A stretch of 64,000 nucleotides of DNA from an uncultured Eubacteriales bacterium (GTDB taxonomy: Bacteria; Bacillota; Clostridia; Peptostreptococcales; Anaerovoracaceae). The stretch covers positions 7,325 through 71,324 of the forward strand of contig CACYFZ010000004.1 of NCBI GenBank assembly GCA_902773835.1, written 5' to 3'. The notes under the pieces were generated by a model that was not told where the DNA came from, did not search any database, and saw nothing but the letters and a program-made list of their open reading frames with translations. Positions 27,623 through 37,082 of the stretch are shown here, piece by piece (the stretch's first letter is position 1; every line of letters begins with the position of its first letter). The translations under genes were made by a program, and so were the position numbers.

Positions 27623-28933
27623 ATGGCAACTTATGATTGGAGCAAATTTGGTCTGCATATTCCTCAGATTATGCTGCCGAAAGAAGGAACCGATTATTAC
27701 AAATGGGCTGTCGTAGCTTGCGACCAGTTCACATCCGAGCCTGAGTACTGGGATGAAGTTGAAGGCATCGTCGGTGATGCCCCATCCACTCTGAGACTTA
27801 TGCTTCCTGAACTATATCTTGAAAAACCGGGTGAAGCAGAGCGCATCAAAGACGTACGCGAGACCATGGATAAATATCTGGCCGACGGTACGCTTCGCAC
27901 AATGGAGCCGGGCTGCATGCTCGTTAAGAGAACCGCAGAGGGACGCACACGTCTCGGTCTCGTAATTGCAACAGACCTCGAAGCTTATGACTTCAACAAG
28001 GGATCCACATCTCTTACAAGAGCTACCGAGGGTACCGTAGTAGAACGTATACCGCCTCGCCTGAGAATCAGAGGAGATGCTCCTATCGAAATGCCGCACA
28101 TCCTCATTCTTATAGACGATCCGGATAAGACAGTTATTGAACCTCTCGTAAATCAGCCGGGAGAAGTTATCTACGATACAGATCTCATGATGAAGGGCGG
28201 CCATATCACAGGTACTTTCATTAAGGAAGAGAACCTCGCAGGAATGCAGGATGCTCTTTCCGCTCTCTACGACAAGGCTGAGCAGAAGTACGGTGCAGGA
28301 AATGTAATCTTCCAGGCCATGGGCGACGGAAATCACTCTCTCGCTACAGCCAAGACAGCATGGGAGAACATAAAGAAAACTCTCTCTCCTGATGAGATTG
28401 AGACTCACCCTGCCAGATACGCTCTTTGCGAAATCGAAAACATTCACGATGACGGTATCGTATTCGAGCCTATTCACAGAGTAATTTTCGCCAACAAAGG
28501 TCAGTCAGGTGAAGAGCTCATTAACAAAGTTGTAAGTCTGCTTGATCAGTTCAACGGTAAGGCATATCTTGCCGATGCTGACGCCGCAGTTCCTGAAGGA
28601 GCATTCGAGATTCCTTGCATGAGCGCAGCAGGCAAAGGAAAGATCATCGTAGAAAAGCCTGAAAACAAGCTTGAGGTAGGATGTTTGCAGCATGTACTGG
28701 ATATCATGGTTAAAGAAGATAAAGACTGTGAAATCGACTATATTCACGGAGCAGATGTAGTTGAAAGACTCTCTTCCAAAGAAGGCAATGCAGGATTCCT
28801 TCTTCCTGCCATGGATAAGTTCATGCTCTTCCCTGCAGTAGCTGCAGACGGTGCGCTCCCGCGTAAGACATTCTCAATGGGAGAAGCTAACGAAAAGAGA
28901 TACTATATCGAATCAAGATATATTGCTAAGTAA
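27623..28933 (+). CDS. DUF1015-family protein
   Basis: 436 aa. The N-terminus (LHIPQIMLPKEG...WAVVACDQFTSEPEYW) is recognisable as DUF1015. The function is unknown. Confidence 0.65.
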   Translation: MATYDWSKFGLHIPQIMLPKEGTDYYKWAVVACDQFTSEPEYWDEVEGIVGDAPSTLRLMLPELYLEKPGEAERIKDVRETMDKYLADGTLRTMEPGCMLVKRTAEGRTRLGLVIATDLEAYDFNKGSTSLTRATEGTVVERIPPRLRIRGDAPIEMPHILILIDDPDKTVIEPLVNQPGEVIYDTDLMMKGGHITGTFIKEENLAGMQDALSALYDKAEQKYGAGNVIFQAMGDGNHSLATAKTAWENIKKTLSPDEIETHPARYALCEIENIHDDGIVFEPIHRVIFANKGQSGEELINKVVSLLDQFNGKAYLADADAAVPEGAFEIPCMSAAGKGKIIVEKPENKLEVGCLQHVLDIMVKEDKDCEIDYIHGADVVERLSSKEGNAGFLLPAMDKFMLFPAVAADGALPRKTFSMGEANEKRYYIESRYIAK

Positions 28934-28973
28934 ACTTTCCCGTATTAATCTCGTAGTTAATAAAATCAAAAGG

Positions 28974-28996
28974 CCTGCCGCAAGGCAGGTTTTTTT
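28974..28996 (+). terminator. Intrinsic terminator
   Basis: CCTGCC-GCAA-GGCAGG followed by TTTTTTT. Confidence 0.7.
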
Positions 28997-29036
28997 GACC
29001 GGTTTCCCGTATATGTGAGTTTTGAGAAAATGATTG

Positions 29037-30323
29037 CTATTTTACGGTGAACTTCTTATTTACAAGTCTCTTGGTCTGTGCTGTGTCAGTCGCTGTGATT
29101 CTGTAATAGTAAGTCCCCTTAGCCAAGATCCCGAATCTTACCTTTAGATCAAGCTTTGCAATATTAAAGGATTTACTCTTGTTAGCGGAGCTGGCCGTAA
29201 TAACCGCCTTTCCTTTAGTATCCACAACCTGAATTGTTACTTTCGTAATCTTTTTGTTAGAGCTGATCTTACCCTTTAAGATGAATGGACTTCCCTTCTT
29301 TATGCTCGTAGGAGCAGTATAATTGACTACTGCCAAACTTGATTTCGGCTTACCGACTACCTTAAAAGAAGCATTTATCAGAGTTGAAGTTTTCTTTTCA
29401 TCTTTAACCGTAACCTTGTATTTATAACTGCCTTGAGACAGCGTGCCGAACCTTACTTTATAGTCAAGTTCAGACAGATCATAAACCCAAGTATTCGGTT
29501 TGGCCGTCTGGGATATTACACTCTTTCCGTTGCTGTTGACTACTGATATGTTTACGCTTGTAATTCTGTAGTTGGATTCAACAACACCTTTTATTACAAA
29601 CGGCTTTCCCACAATGACAGAACTCGGTATAGTTGCACCGGATACCTTCAACGTAGATGCCACATTGGTGCTGCTTGATGATGCTGCAGTAAGCGGTTTA
29701 CCTTTTTTAGGAGCCTTGGCACCTTTAGCCAGAGTAATCTTATTTATGTACCAATACTGAGTACATTTAAGCGGGCTGTACATTGAAGTCTTGCTCCACT
29801 TTTCTATTCCTACGTTTCTGCTTCCTCTGTTATGTTCAGAATCCGCAGCATAAGGAACACCATTCTTTACGCCTGTAAGAAGTATTCCGTGCTCTCCGTA
29901 TATGGAAGCCCTTTTACCCCATACGACAACACCTTCCGGGTGCTCCTTTATCAGCTTCTGAAATTCCTTAATTCTTTCCTTCTCGGTCTTTCCTTTGAAG
30001 TAACCGCATTTCACATTAAATGCCAGACCATCGGCATTGTGAGTGAAATTGTGCCACAGCAAGCCGAATATAGTAGCGTCTTTTCTGAGGGTCTTATTGG
30101 TAACTGATGACCATTTCTTAGATCCTCTCGCTATCAGCGCTCTACGTATCATGCTTCTGGTTGATGTCAATATACAGTCTCCGCTCCTATACTCACTATT
30201 AGGAACATAGACGACCGCCTTGTCGTTTACGCTGACACTCTTAGTCGCAGCAAAAGAAGCGACCGGCAGAGCGCATATAATAAGCGAAGCTGCAATTAAT
30301 ATTGAAAGTATTCTCTTCTTCAT
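29037..30323 (-). CDS. Secreted protein with an N-terminal Cys/His domain (possible papain- or C39-like peptidase fold) and two tandem beta-rich repeats of about 95 aa
   Basis: I chose the ATG at 30323, giving the signal peptide MKKRILSILIAASLIICALPVASFA. The two repeats share the pattern G.PF..KG......I..V.I.VV...GK.VI...........L....RFG.L..G.Y.Y..T. The domain assignment is tentative. Confidence 0.5.
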   Translation of the reverse strand: MKKRILSILIAASLIICALPVASFAATKSVSVNDKAVVYVPNSEYRSGDCILTSTRSMIRRALIARGSKKWSSVTNKTLRKDATIFGLLWHNFTHNADGLAFNVKCGYFKGKTEKERIKEFQKLIKEHPEGVVVWGKRASIYGEHGILLTGVKNGVPYAADSEHNRGSRNVGIEKWSKTSMYSPLKCTQYWYINKITLAKGAKAPKKGKPLTAASSSSTNVASTLKVSGATIPSSVIVGKPFVIKGVVESNYRITSVNISVVNSNGKSVISQTAKPNTWVYDLSELDYKVRFGTLSQGSYKYKVTVKDEKKTSTLINASFKVVGKPKSSLAVVNYTAPTSIKKGSPFILKGKISSNKKITKVTIQVVDTKGKAVITASSANKSKSFNIAKLDLKVRFGILAKGTYYYRITATDTAQTKRLVNKKFTVK

Positions 30324-30470
30324 CAGAACATCTTCTTTCCGTAATAGTAACGTTTTAACTAATACTGCATATCTTTTGAGTAATAAAAGAATAACCTTAT
30401 CCGTGAATGCGGTAAACGTTTCTGAATAAACCTTAATCAAAGATTTTGAATCAGGTTTTAAATGCATAAA

Positions 30471-30500
30471 AGAAAAAGCGCAGACAATGAAGTCTGCGCT
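30471..30500 (-). terminator. Intrinsic terminator after putP
   Basis: On the minus strand, AGCGCAGAC-TTCATT-GTCTGCGCT is followed by TTTTTCTTTT. Confidence 0.75.
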
Positions 30501-30526
30501 CAGTTTCTAATATGATTTGCTTTGGC

Positions 30527-32041
30527 TTATGCTGCCTGCGCGTCTCTTTCTCTGGACTTATCGTAAACAGCTCTTTCCTTATCGAGTGTCAGAGTCATCT
30601 TAGCTACGATGAATGCTACGAGGCCGCCTGCGATGAAACCAGGCAGGAGCTCATATACACCCGTGGATGCGGAGAGTCCGCCGAAGAGCCAACCGAGGTC
30701 TACTACGAAACCTGCAATAATACCTGCGATAGCGCCCTTGTAGTTAAACTCTCTCCAGAAGAGCGAGAGAATAATTACAGGTCCGAAGGAAGCACCGAAT
30801 GCGCCCCATGCGTTCTCTACCAGGTTCATGATAGCCTGTGCTCCTGCTCCCTTTGATGAAGCAATAAGGTAAGCAATAACTGCGATAACTACAACTACAA
30901 TACGTCCTACGAGCACCGCTTCTTTCTCACTTACATTCTTTTTGAAGTTAGTATAAAGGTCAGCAGTAAATGAACTGGATGCTACGAGAAGCTGTGAATC
31001 TGCTGTCGATACAGAAGCAGCGATAATAGCTGCCAAAAGCAGTCCCGAAAGTGCCGGCGGGAAGAATTTTCTGGCCATTGTAATGAATACAATCTTCTGC
31101 ATTCCCTGCGGAAGAAGTTCATCAGCAACGAGCATTCTGCCCATGTATGCGATCAGGCATGCACTTGCGAGAGATACTACTACCCATACAATAGCGATTG
31201 TAGAAGACTTCTTGATTTCTGAAGGCTTCTCAATGGACATGAATCTTACGATGATGTGCGGCATACCGAAGTATCCGAGACCCCAAGCAAGTCCTGTTGC
31301 AACATCCTGCCAGCTTGCGCTGAAGAGTCCGCCACCGAAGTCACACACTACCTTTACACCACTTGCATCAGTATATTCATATATCTTGCTGAGAAGTGCT
31401 GTATCGAGTTCTGTTCCGGAAGCAATTACAGCAATAGGAACTGCCATCAGTGCGATCATCATGAGCATACCCTGGAAGAAGTCTGTCCAGCATACAGCAG
31501 TGAATCCGCCGAAAATTGTGTAGAACACAATCAAAAGTGCGAAAATAATCATAGCTGCAGAAGTTGATACATTAGGGAACAAAGTTCCGAATACAGTAGT
31601 ACCTGCTACGAAAGCGGATGCTACATAGATAGTGTATGCAAACAAGAAGATAAGCGCGCAGATAACCTGCAGCGTCTTAGTGTCCGCATCAAATCTGTTA
31701 GCCAGGAACTGAGGAATTGTGATGGAATCATCAGCTTCCTCTGAGAATACTCTCAATCTTCTTGCACAAAGAATCCAGTTAGCTGCAGTACCGAGAGCAA
31801 GTCCGATACCAATCCACATCTGTCCGAATCCGAATGCCAAGATGGATCCCGGAAGTCCCATCAGCAGCCATGCCGACATATCGGATGCCTGTGCGGAGAG
31901 AGCCGTAACCCATGGTCCCATAGCACGTCCGCCGAGGAAGTAATCTTCCTGGCTCTTTTGCTTATCCTTAAAATAGAAGTACAATACTACTCCCATAAGG
32001 GCCACAAAGTACAATATAAAAGTAATCATTTCAGAGTTCAT
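30527..32041 (-). CDS. putP: Sodium:proline symporter (SSS family)
   Basis: 504 aa polytopic protein with an N-terminus and length typical of PutP (EDYFLGGRAMGPWVTALSAQASDMSAWLLMGLPG). Confidence 0.8.
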   Translation of the reverse strand: MNSEMITFILYFVALMGVVLYFYFKDKQKSQEDYFLGGRAMGPWVTALSAQASDMSAWLLMGLPGSILAFGFGQMWIGIGLALGTAANWILCARRLRVFSEEADDSITIPQFLANRFDADTKTLQVICALIFLFAYTIYVASAFVAGTTVFGTLFPNVSTSAAMIIFALLIVFYTIFGGFTAVCWTDFFQGMLMMIALMAVPIAVIASGTELDTALLSKIYEYTDASGVKVVCDFGGGLFSASWQDVATGLAWGLGYFGMPHIIVRFMSIEKPSEIKKSSTIAIVWVVVSLASACLIAYMGRMLVADELLPQGMQKIVFITMARKFFPPALSGLLLAAIIAASVSTADSQLLVASSSFTADLYTNFKKNVSEKEAVLVGRIVVVVIAVIAYLIASSKGAGAQAIMNLVENAWGAFGASFGPVIILSLFWREFNYKGAIAGIIAGFVVDLGWLFGGLSASTGVYELLPGFIAGGLVAFIVAKMTLTLDKERAVYDKSRERDAQAA

Positions 32042-32451
32042 AAGAACACTTCCTTTCTTTTGCTGTCACCTATTTAATATCTTCAGTATGGACAGCCTTA
32101 TCAACACTACCTATATTATTTACTTTTTTGATTAATAAGTCAAATAGACTTTGATATTTTCTTAACATTCAAGTGCCAATTATCATAGTTTCAGCCCTCA
32201 TTTCAATACATGTATTTACCGAAATTTCAATAAATATACGGCTTTAAGAAATAGTTAAAGCCATATTATCTTTGATATTTATTTAACGCAATCACTGCCC
32301 TTTATGTAACCTAAATCTATGTTTTTTCGGTCTTCCGGATAATTATACATTATTAATTATTATATTATTTACCCGATATCCCCTTACTTTTTACTTAAAG
32401 TAGTAGCATAATGATTTAAGAATTCTTTATAGGAAAAGGAGGATAACTTTT

Positions 32452-33225
32452 ATGAGTGATATTTTTGATCTTAAGGGTAATGTTGCTATCGTAACAGGTT
32501 GCTCCACCGGACTCGGAGTTCAGATGGCTAAGGCACTTGCCAGACAGGGCTGCAATATCGTAGCTGTTGCAAGACGTCAGAACCTCATCGATGAGGTTGC
32601 CGCAGACCTTAAAAAGGAATTCGGCGTAGAGGCGATTGCAGTGCGCTGCGACATCACAGACACTGAGATGGTAGAAGCTTGCGTTAAGGAAGTAATGGAT
32701 AAGTTCGGACGCATCGACATCCTCATTAACAACGCCGGCACAGGTGCTGTTGCCCCTGCCGAGGATATAACAGATGAACAGTTCATGAATGAGATGAACA
32801 TCGATCTCTTCGGTTCATTCAAGATGGCCAGAGCATGCGCTAAGCAGGCTATGATTCCTGCCAAGTACGGACGCATCATTAACATTGCTTCCATGTACGG
32901 TCTTGTAGGAAACAAAGTAGCTCCTGCCTCTCCTTACCACGCAGCTAAGGGCGGCGTAGTCAATCTTACAAGAGCTCTCGCATCCGAGTGGGGTAAATAC
33001 GGCATCGCTGTTAACACCATCTGCCCGGGATATTTTTACTCAGATCTCACAAGAGAAACACTTGACAGTGATTTCTTCCAGCAGAATGCAAAGACAATGA
33101 TTCCGATGGAGAGATACGGAGATACGGGAGAGCTCGATACAGCAGCAGTATTCCTCGCATCGCCTAAGACAACATATGTAACAGGCGTCGCACTTCCTGT
33201 AGACGGCGGATACACCTGCATGTAG
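32452..33225 (+). CDS. Short-chain dehydrogenase/reductase (SDR), gluconate-5-dehydrogenase/FabG-like
   Basis: 257 aa with TGCSTGLG, NNAG and YHAAK motifs. Confidence 0.75.
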   Translation: MSDIFDLKGNVAIVTGCSTGLGVQMAKALARQGCNIVAVARRQNLIDEVAADLKKEFGVEAIAVRCDITDTEMVEACVKEVMDKFGRIDILINNAGTGAVAPAEDITDEQFMNEMNIDLFGSFKMARACAKQAMIPAKYGRIINIASMYGLVGNKVAPASPYHAAKGGVVNLTRALASEWGKYGIAVNTICPGYFYSDLTRETLDSDFFQQNAKTMIPMERYGDTGELDTAAVFLASPKTTYVTGVALPVDGGYTCM

Positions 33226-33410
33226 TGTTTTCTGAGAGTATACGACCTCTTTTTAATGAAGAAAACACTGATCTCCGAGGGCGAGCCTCTGCGATAAAAG
33301 CTTTTCTTCGGATTATACGGCGTTGCCGTTTGAATACAACGTTGCCGCCTGAAACTGAGCATACAGACATAGTAAACCGGTTCAAATACTCAGTTTCTAG
33401 ATAAAGTATA

Positions 33411-33458
33411 AAAAAGTGAGCTTTTAGAGTATAAAAACACCTCATAAGCTCACTTTTT
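33411..33458. repeat. Hairpin element, copy 1: AAAAAGTGAGCTT...AAGCTCACTTTTT
   Basis: 13 nt arms flanked by an A-run and a T-run, which is the geometry of a bidirectional terminator. Confidence 0.6.
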
Positions 33459-33535
33459 ATGTGACAATAGTCACTTCAGTTTACAATAACCATTTGTATA
33501 TGTTTTATTGTTTATCTCCTATCCTTAAAAAACAG

Positions 33536-33583
33536 AAAAAGTGAGCTTTGGGGCCGATTTTCAGGCCTTTAAGCTCACTTTTT
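33536..33583. repeat. Hairpin element, copy 2, with identical 13 nt arms
   Basis: The arms are the same as in copy 1 but the loop differs, and the loop holds an inner GGCC...GGCC hairpin. It lies 27 nt from the stop of the TDT transporter gene. Confidence 0.6.
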
Positions 33584-33609
33584 CATAGCTTATTATTTTT
33601 TGAAGTATC

Positions 33610-34563
33610 TTATTTAGCTTCAGGCTTAGGACCTGCAAAGATAAACTTCATAAACATAGCATATACATATACTACGAATACTACTGCGATAAGCGACTCA
33701 ATCAGTACGATCGGCTTAAGCCACGGAAGCGGATGCTCCATGTTCTTAGCGCAAGCCATAGTCTGAAGAGATGCGATAGCGCTGATTACGAACGGGAATG
33801 TAAATGCTGCAAAGCTCGGGAAGAATTTCTTAGCAAGCGGCAGGCTTTTTACAAGTCCGAAAAGGTACAGCACAGTTGCTACTGCCCACATGATCAGAAG
33901 GAATGTCAGATTCTTAGGCATTACCGACTGAACATATGCTGCTACGCAGAGGCTCATAGGTGCTGCATAAATGCCGATAAGCGGCTTAGCAGGATCAGGA
34001 ACCGGAAGGTCGCTTGCATATCTCTTTGATACCACGAAGAGAAGCGGAATCAAAGTTATAAGGCCGAACCAGAATGTAATGGCTCCGATGCCGAGCTTTT
34101 CGTATGCAGGAGCAGTAACTCCGGCGGCTGCGATTCCGACATATACGATGAACCAAGTTGTGAACACCTTTCCGAGTTCAAACTTAGCTACGAACTTCAT
34201 TGTGAAGTAAATGATAAGTACAACATGAAGTGCGATAGCAAGGAACCAGATAATCTGAGCGAGTCCGCCTACGAAAGGCTTGATGTATGTGCTCAGGATC
34301 ATGAGTCCCATCGGGAAAGTTGCAGCTACACCTGCCATAATAGGGTTCTGCAGGTCTTCTTTTACCATGCCCGGGAACATGATGAGCTTCAGCAGGATGA
34401 GAACCAGCAGAAAGGCTGCGAAGATTCCGCATATGTTTCTGATAGGATCGCCTATTCCTGCTTCTGGTGCCAACACATTGTTAAATAACCCTTGCAAAAG
34501 ATTGCCGAGAGCAGCTGTTCCCAGCATAACTCCGCAAAGTGGTACGGGTACTTTTTTAATCAT
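33610..34563 (-). CDS. TDT-family (TehA/Mae1/SLAC1-like) anion transporter
   Basis: About 317 aa with 10 predicted TM segments. I set the start at the ATG at 34563 (MIKKVPVPLCGVMLG), after AAAGGA. The longer N-terminus of the track ORF overlaps the upstream gene. Confidence 0.65.
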   Translation of the reverse strand: MIKKVPVPLCGVMLGTAALGNLLQGLFNNVLAPEAGIGDPIRNICGIFAAFLLVLILLKLIMFPGMVKEDLQNPIMAGVAATFPMGLMILSTYIKPFVGGLAQIIWFLAIALHVVLIIYFTMKFVAKFELGKVFTTWFIVYVGIAAAGVTAPAYEKLGIGAITFWFGLITLIPLLFVVSKRYASDLPVPDPAKPLIGIYAAPMSLCVAAYVQSVMPKNLTFLLIMWAVATVLYLFGLVKSLPLAKKFFPSFAAFTFPFVISAIASLQTMACAKNMEHPLPWLKPIVLIESLIAVVFVVYVYAMFMKFIFAGPKPEAK

Positions 34564-34603
34564 AACTATAACGTCCTTTCTTGTGTTTTTGTCAATCGAT
34601 CGA

Positions 34604-35155
34604 TTATGCCTCGAGAGGTGTAGTTCTTGTCTTGAGATACTCGTCGTGTGAAAGAACTGTAATCTCACCTGTTGTAGGGATGCCGAGCTCGCGTGCCACC
34701 AGTTCTGCTGTCTTTGCCGCACAAATGCCTGTGTAATAGATGCACTGGGACTTGTGTCCGCCTACGCTCATATCGAATTCCTTAGTCAGAACGCGGCAGC
34801 ATGATACGCCCTTAGTATTGTTGTCCTGGAACCAGTCGTGAAGTTCTTTGGTCAGACCCAGGCACTTAACGACGTTAGGATCCATAGGACCTTTCTGCTC
34901 AGATCTTCCGAAGAACATTCCTAAAGCGAGAACTCCTCCGTTAAGCGCTCCGCAGATGCAGCCGGACTTTCCTACTCCGACGGCCATTCCGGATGCCATT
35001 CTGATCGTCTCCTGCGGAACGTCAAGTTTAAAGTGATCGATCATAGTTTCCATTACTGCCTCGCAGCAGAAGAAACCCTTACGGAACGATTCCTCAGCGT
35101 CCGCCTGAACCTTAGTCAAATCGATGGATGTTGCATTAATCTTCATACTTTCCAT
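34604..35155 (-). CDS. C_GCAxxG_C_C-family putative redox-active protein
   Basis: 183 aa with the Cys pattern FFCCEAV...SGCICGALNGG...CC...C. Confidence 0.65.
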   Translation of the reverse strand: MESMKINATSIDLTKVQADAEESFRKGFFCCEAVMETMIDHFKLDVPQETIRMASGMAVGVGKSGCICGALNGGVLALGMFFGRSEQKGPMDPNVVKCLGLTKELHDWFQDNNTKGVSCCRVLTKEFDMSVGGHKSQCIYYTGICAAKTAELVARELGIPTTGEITVLSHDEYLKTRTTPLEA

Positions 35156-35238
35156 TTTAAATCCTCCTTTGAAAGAATTATTTATCCAACGTTAATATTA
35201 TAGAGAAGTTTGATTTGAAATGAGGCAAAACAAGTGTT

Positions 35239-35256
35239 ATATAACAATTGTTATAT
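35239..35256. promoter_or_regulatory. Perfect 18 bp palindrome, a candidate TetR operator
   Basis: ATATAACAATTGTTATAT lies in the divergent region between the C_GCAxxG_C_C gene and the TetR gene. Confidence 0.45.
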
Positions 35257-35348
35257 GCTATACGTATGGAATTTTTTTTGATATAGTATTTATAATTGTG
35301 GGCAGTGTAGCATAAAACAATTTTAGTTAAGAACCAGAATGAATTATA

Positions 35349-35927
35349 ATGTATACGCCGGAAGAAAAAGTTAAAGAGTTGCAGGAAGCAGCAACAAAAG
35401 AATTTAAAGCCGTAGATTTCAGACACGCATCTCTTCGAAAAATATGCGAGAATGCTGATGTAACTACGGGATTTTTGTATGCACATTTTAAAGATAAGGA
35501 TGCTCTTTTCGATTCACTGGTATCTGATTTTGCCGAGGAATTGCCTCATCAAATGGTCAAGCTTTTCAAGAAATATTGGAATGACTTCTCTGAGGATTCG
35601 CCTATAAAAAAAGAACAGGATGTTATTCGTTACTTATACAATCATAAGGATGCGGTTATTCTTTTATGCAATCACGCCGGAGGAACCAATTACGAGGACT
35701 TCAAAGAAAAGATATTCAATAAATACCTCGAAGAATTTATACGCTTTTTTAAAGAGTGCATCGGCAACGACGATAACAACTATCTGGCCGTGATGTGCAG
35801 AATGAGATTTCAGAGTTATGAGGAAATAATAAAACGCGACCTATCCCTTGAGGATTCTCTGAAGCTGGCCAGAAGGATCGGAGAATTCAAAGCGGCCGGT
35901 CTGCACGGCCTGAAGATGAATCAGTAA
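35349..35927 (+). CDS. TetR/AcrR-family transcriptional regulator
   Basis: 192 aa. The N-terminal HTH region (FRHASLRKICENADVTTGFLYAHFKDKDALF) is typical of TetR_N. Confidence 0.75.
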   Translation: MYTPEEKVKELQEAATKEFKAVDFRHASLRKICENADVTTGFLYAHFKDKDALFDSLVSDFAEELPHQMVKLFKKYWNDFSEDSPIKKEQDVIRYLYNHKDAVILLCNHAGGTNYEDFKEKIFNKYLEEFIRFFKECIGNDDNNYLAVMCRMRFQSYEEIIKRDLSLEDSLKLARRIGEFKAAGLHGLKMNQ

Positions 35928-36219
35928 ACAGGAAGCAAAAAACACTTAATTCCGAATGTAGAATTATGTGTTTTTTATGTAATTCCCGATAATTCTAATA
36001 GCAAATCGGCTATGCCAACATAATTTGCCCTGTATATCCGCTAATTCAATATGCTTGATTATTAAAATAATTAAACACCTCGTTAAATAAAGGATTAAGT
36101 CCCCTATTAATTGAATTGAAAGGTCATAGGTGGTAAAATTCTTGCGTATGATTTGCCGATTAAGATGGTATTCGGCAGAGAAAAGTTGTATCAAATCAGT
36201 TTTACAAAAGAGGTAAATA

Positions 36220-37026
36220 ATGAAATATTACGAGGAAATCGTTAAGAACAGACAGTCCTGCAGAAGTTTTGAGGATATTTCGGTTGAGTTTGAAAAGATT
36301 GAAGCCATAACCGATTATCATGAAGATGAAGAAAGCGACTTGGTCGATGAAATAAAGACTGAACTGAAATTCTACGGCAGTAAAGCATATGGACTTCTAA
36401 AGGACAGCGTCGGATATAACGGCATCTGCATAAAGGCCCCTCAGTATGCAGTTCTCTACTCTGAGAAAGCTGATCATTATCTGGAGAATGCCGGATATAT
36501 TATCCAAGGAATAACGTTAAAGATGACAGAGCTCGGTCTCGCCGCTTGCTGGCTGACTATAAATGATGCCGAAGCTGCAAAAGCCGCCCTTGGTGAAGAT
36601 ACAGACCTTGAGCTCGCATGCGTTCTGGCATTCGGATACAGAGCGAAAGATAACGAAGAGAAAAAGGCTCCTAAGATTTCACTTGATGAGCTCTGCATGG
36701 GTCCGGACTTTAAAACGGAAGTTAACACCGACCTCTTCTATCATGAACTTGAGGACAGTCTGAGAGCCAGTGCACACGCACAGTCATTCCAGAATCTCCA
36801 GCCGTACAGAATGTTGGTAGACCCTACTACAGTACACCTGGTAGGTCTTCCGAGTGAGATGACTAATGATTATGATACAAAGCTCAACTACGGCATAGTA
36901 ATGTTCAACTTCTATTCGGTAATGTGGGCAGTAAGGCCTCAGGCTCCGAGATGGAGTTTCGACGCTCCGGAACATGACCTGAAGCTTCCTGATGATGTTG
37001 AATACGTAGCTAAGATTAAAATTTAA
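36220..37026 (+). CDS. Nitroreductase-family protein
   Basis: 268 aa with the N-terminal motif KNRQSCRSF typical of the nitroreductase fold. Confidence 0.6.
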   Translation: MKYYEEIVKNRQSCRSFEDISVEFEKIEAITDYHEDEESDLVDEIKTELKFYGSKAYGLLKDSVGYNGICIKAPQYAVLYSEKADHYLENAGYIIQGITLKMTELGLAACWLTINDAEAAKAALGEDTDLELACVLAFGYRAKDNEEKKAPKISLDELCMGPDFKTEVNTDLFYHELEDSLRASAHAQSFQNLQPYRMLVDPTTVHLVGLPSEMTNDYDTKLNYGIVMFNFYSVMWAVRPQAPRWSFDAPEHDLKLPDDVEYVAKIKI

Positions 37027-37038
37027 ATCAGAGCATTT

Positions 37039-37066
37039 TAAAAGCGCCGGTTATCGGCGCTTTTTT
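37039..37066. terminator. Bidirectional intrinsic terminator
   Basis: AAAAGCGCCG-GTTAT-CGGCGCTTTTTT, between the convergent nitroreductase and pyk genes. Confidence 0.8.
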
Positions 37067-37082
37067 GCTGCATTTTTCGTTT

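Noticed and set aside
29037-30467. The longer N-termini offered by the ORF track for several genes: 30467 (secreted protein), 34722 (TDT transporter), 50999 (grdB), 49603 (DUF3841-B), 15338 (PP2C), 20928 (thrC) and 22474 (LysR).
   Set aside because: In each case an internal ATG preceded by a good Shine-Dalgarno gives the expected family N-terminus or signal peptide. The extension either overlaps the upstream gene or has junk composition.
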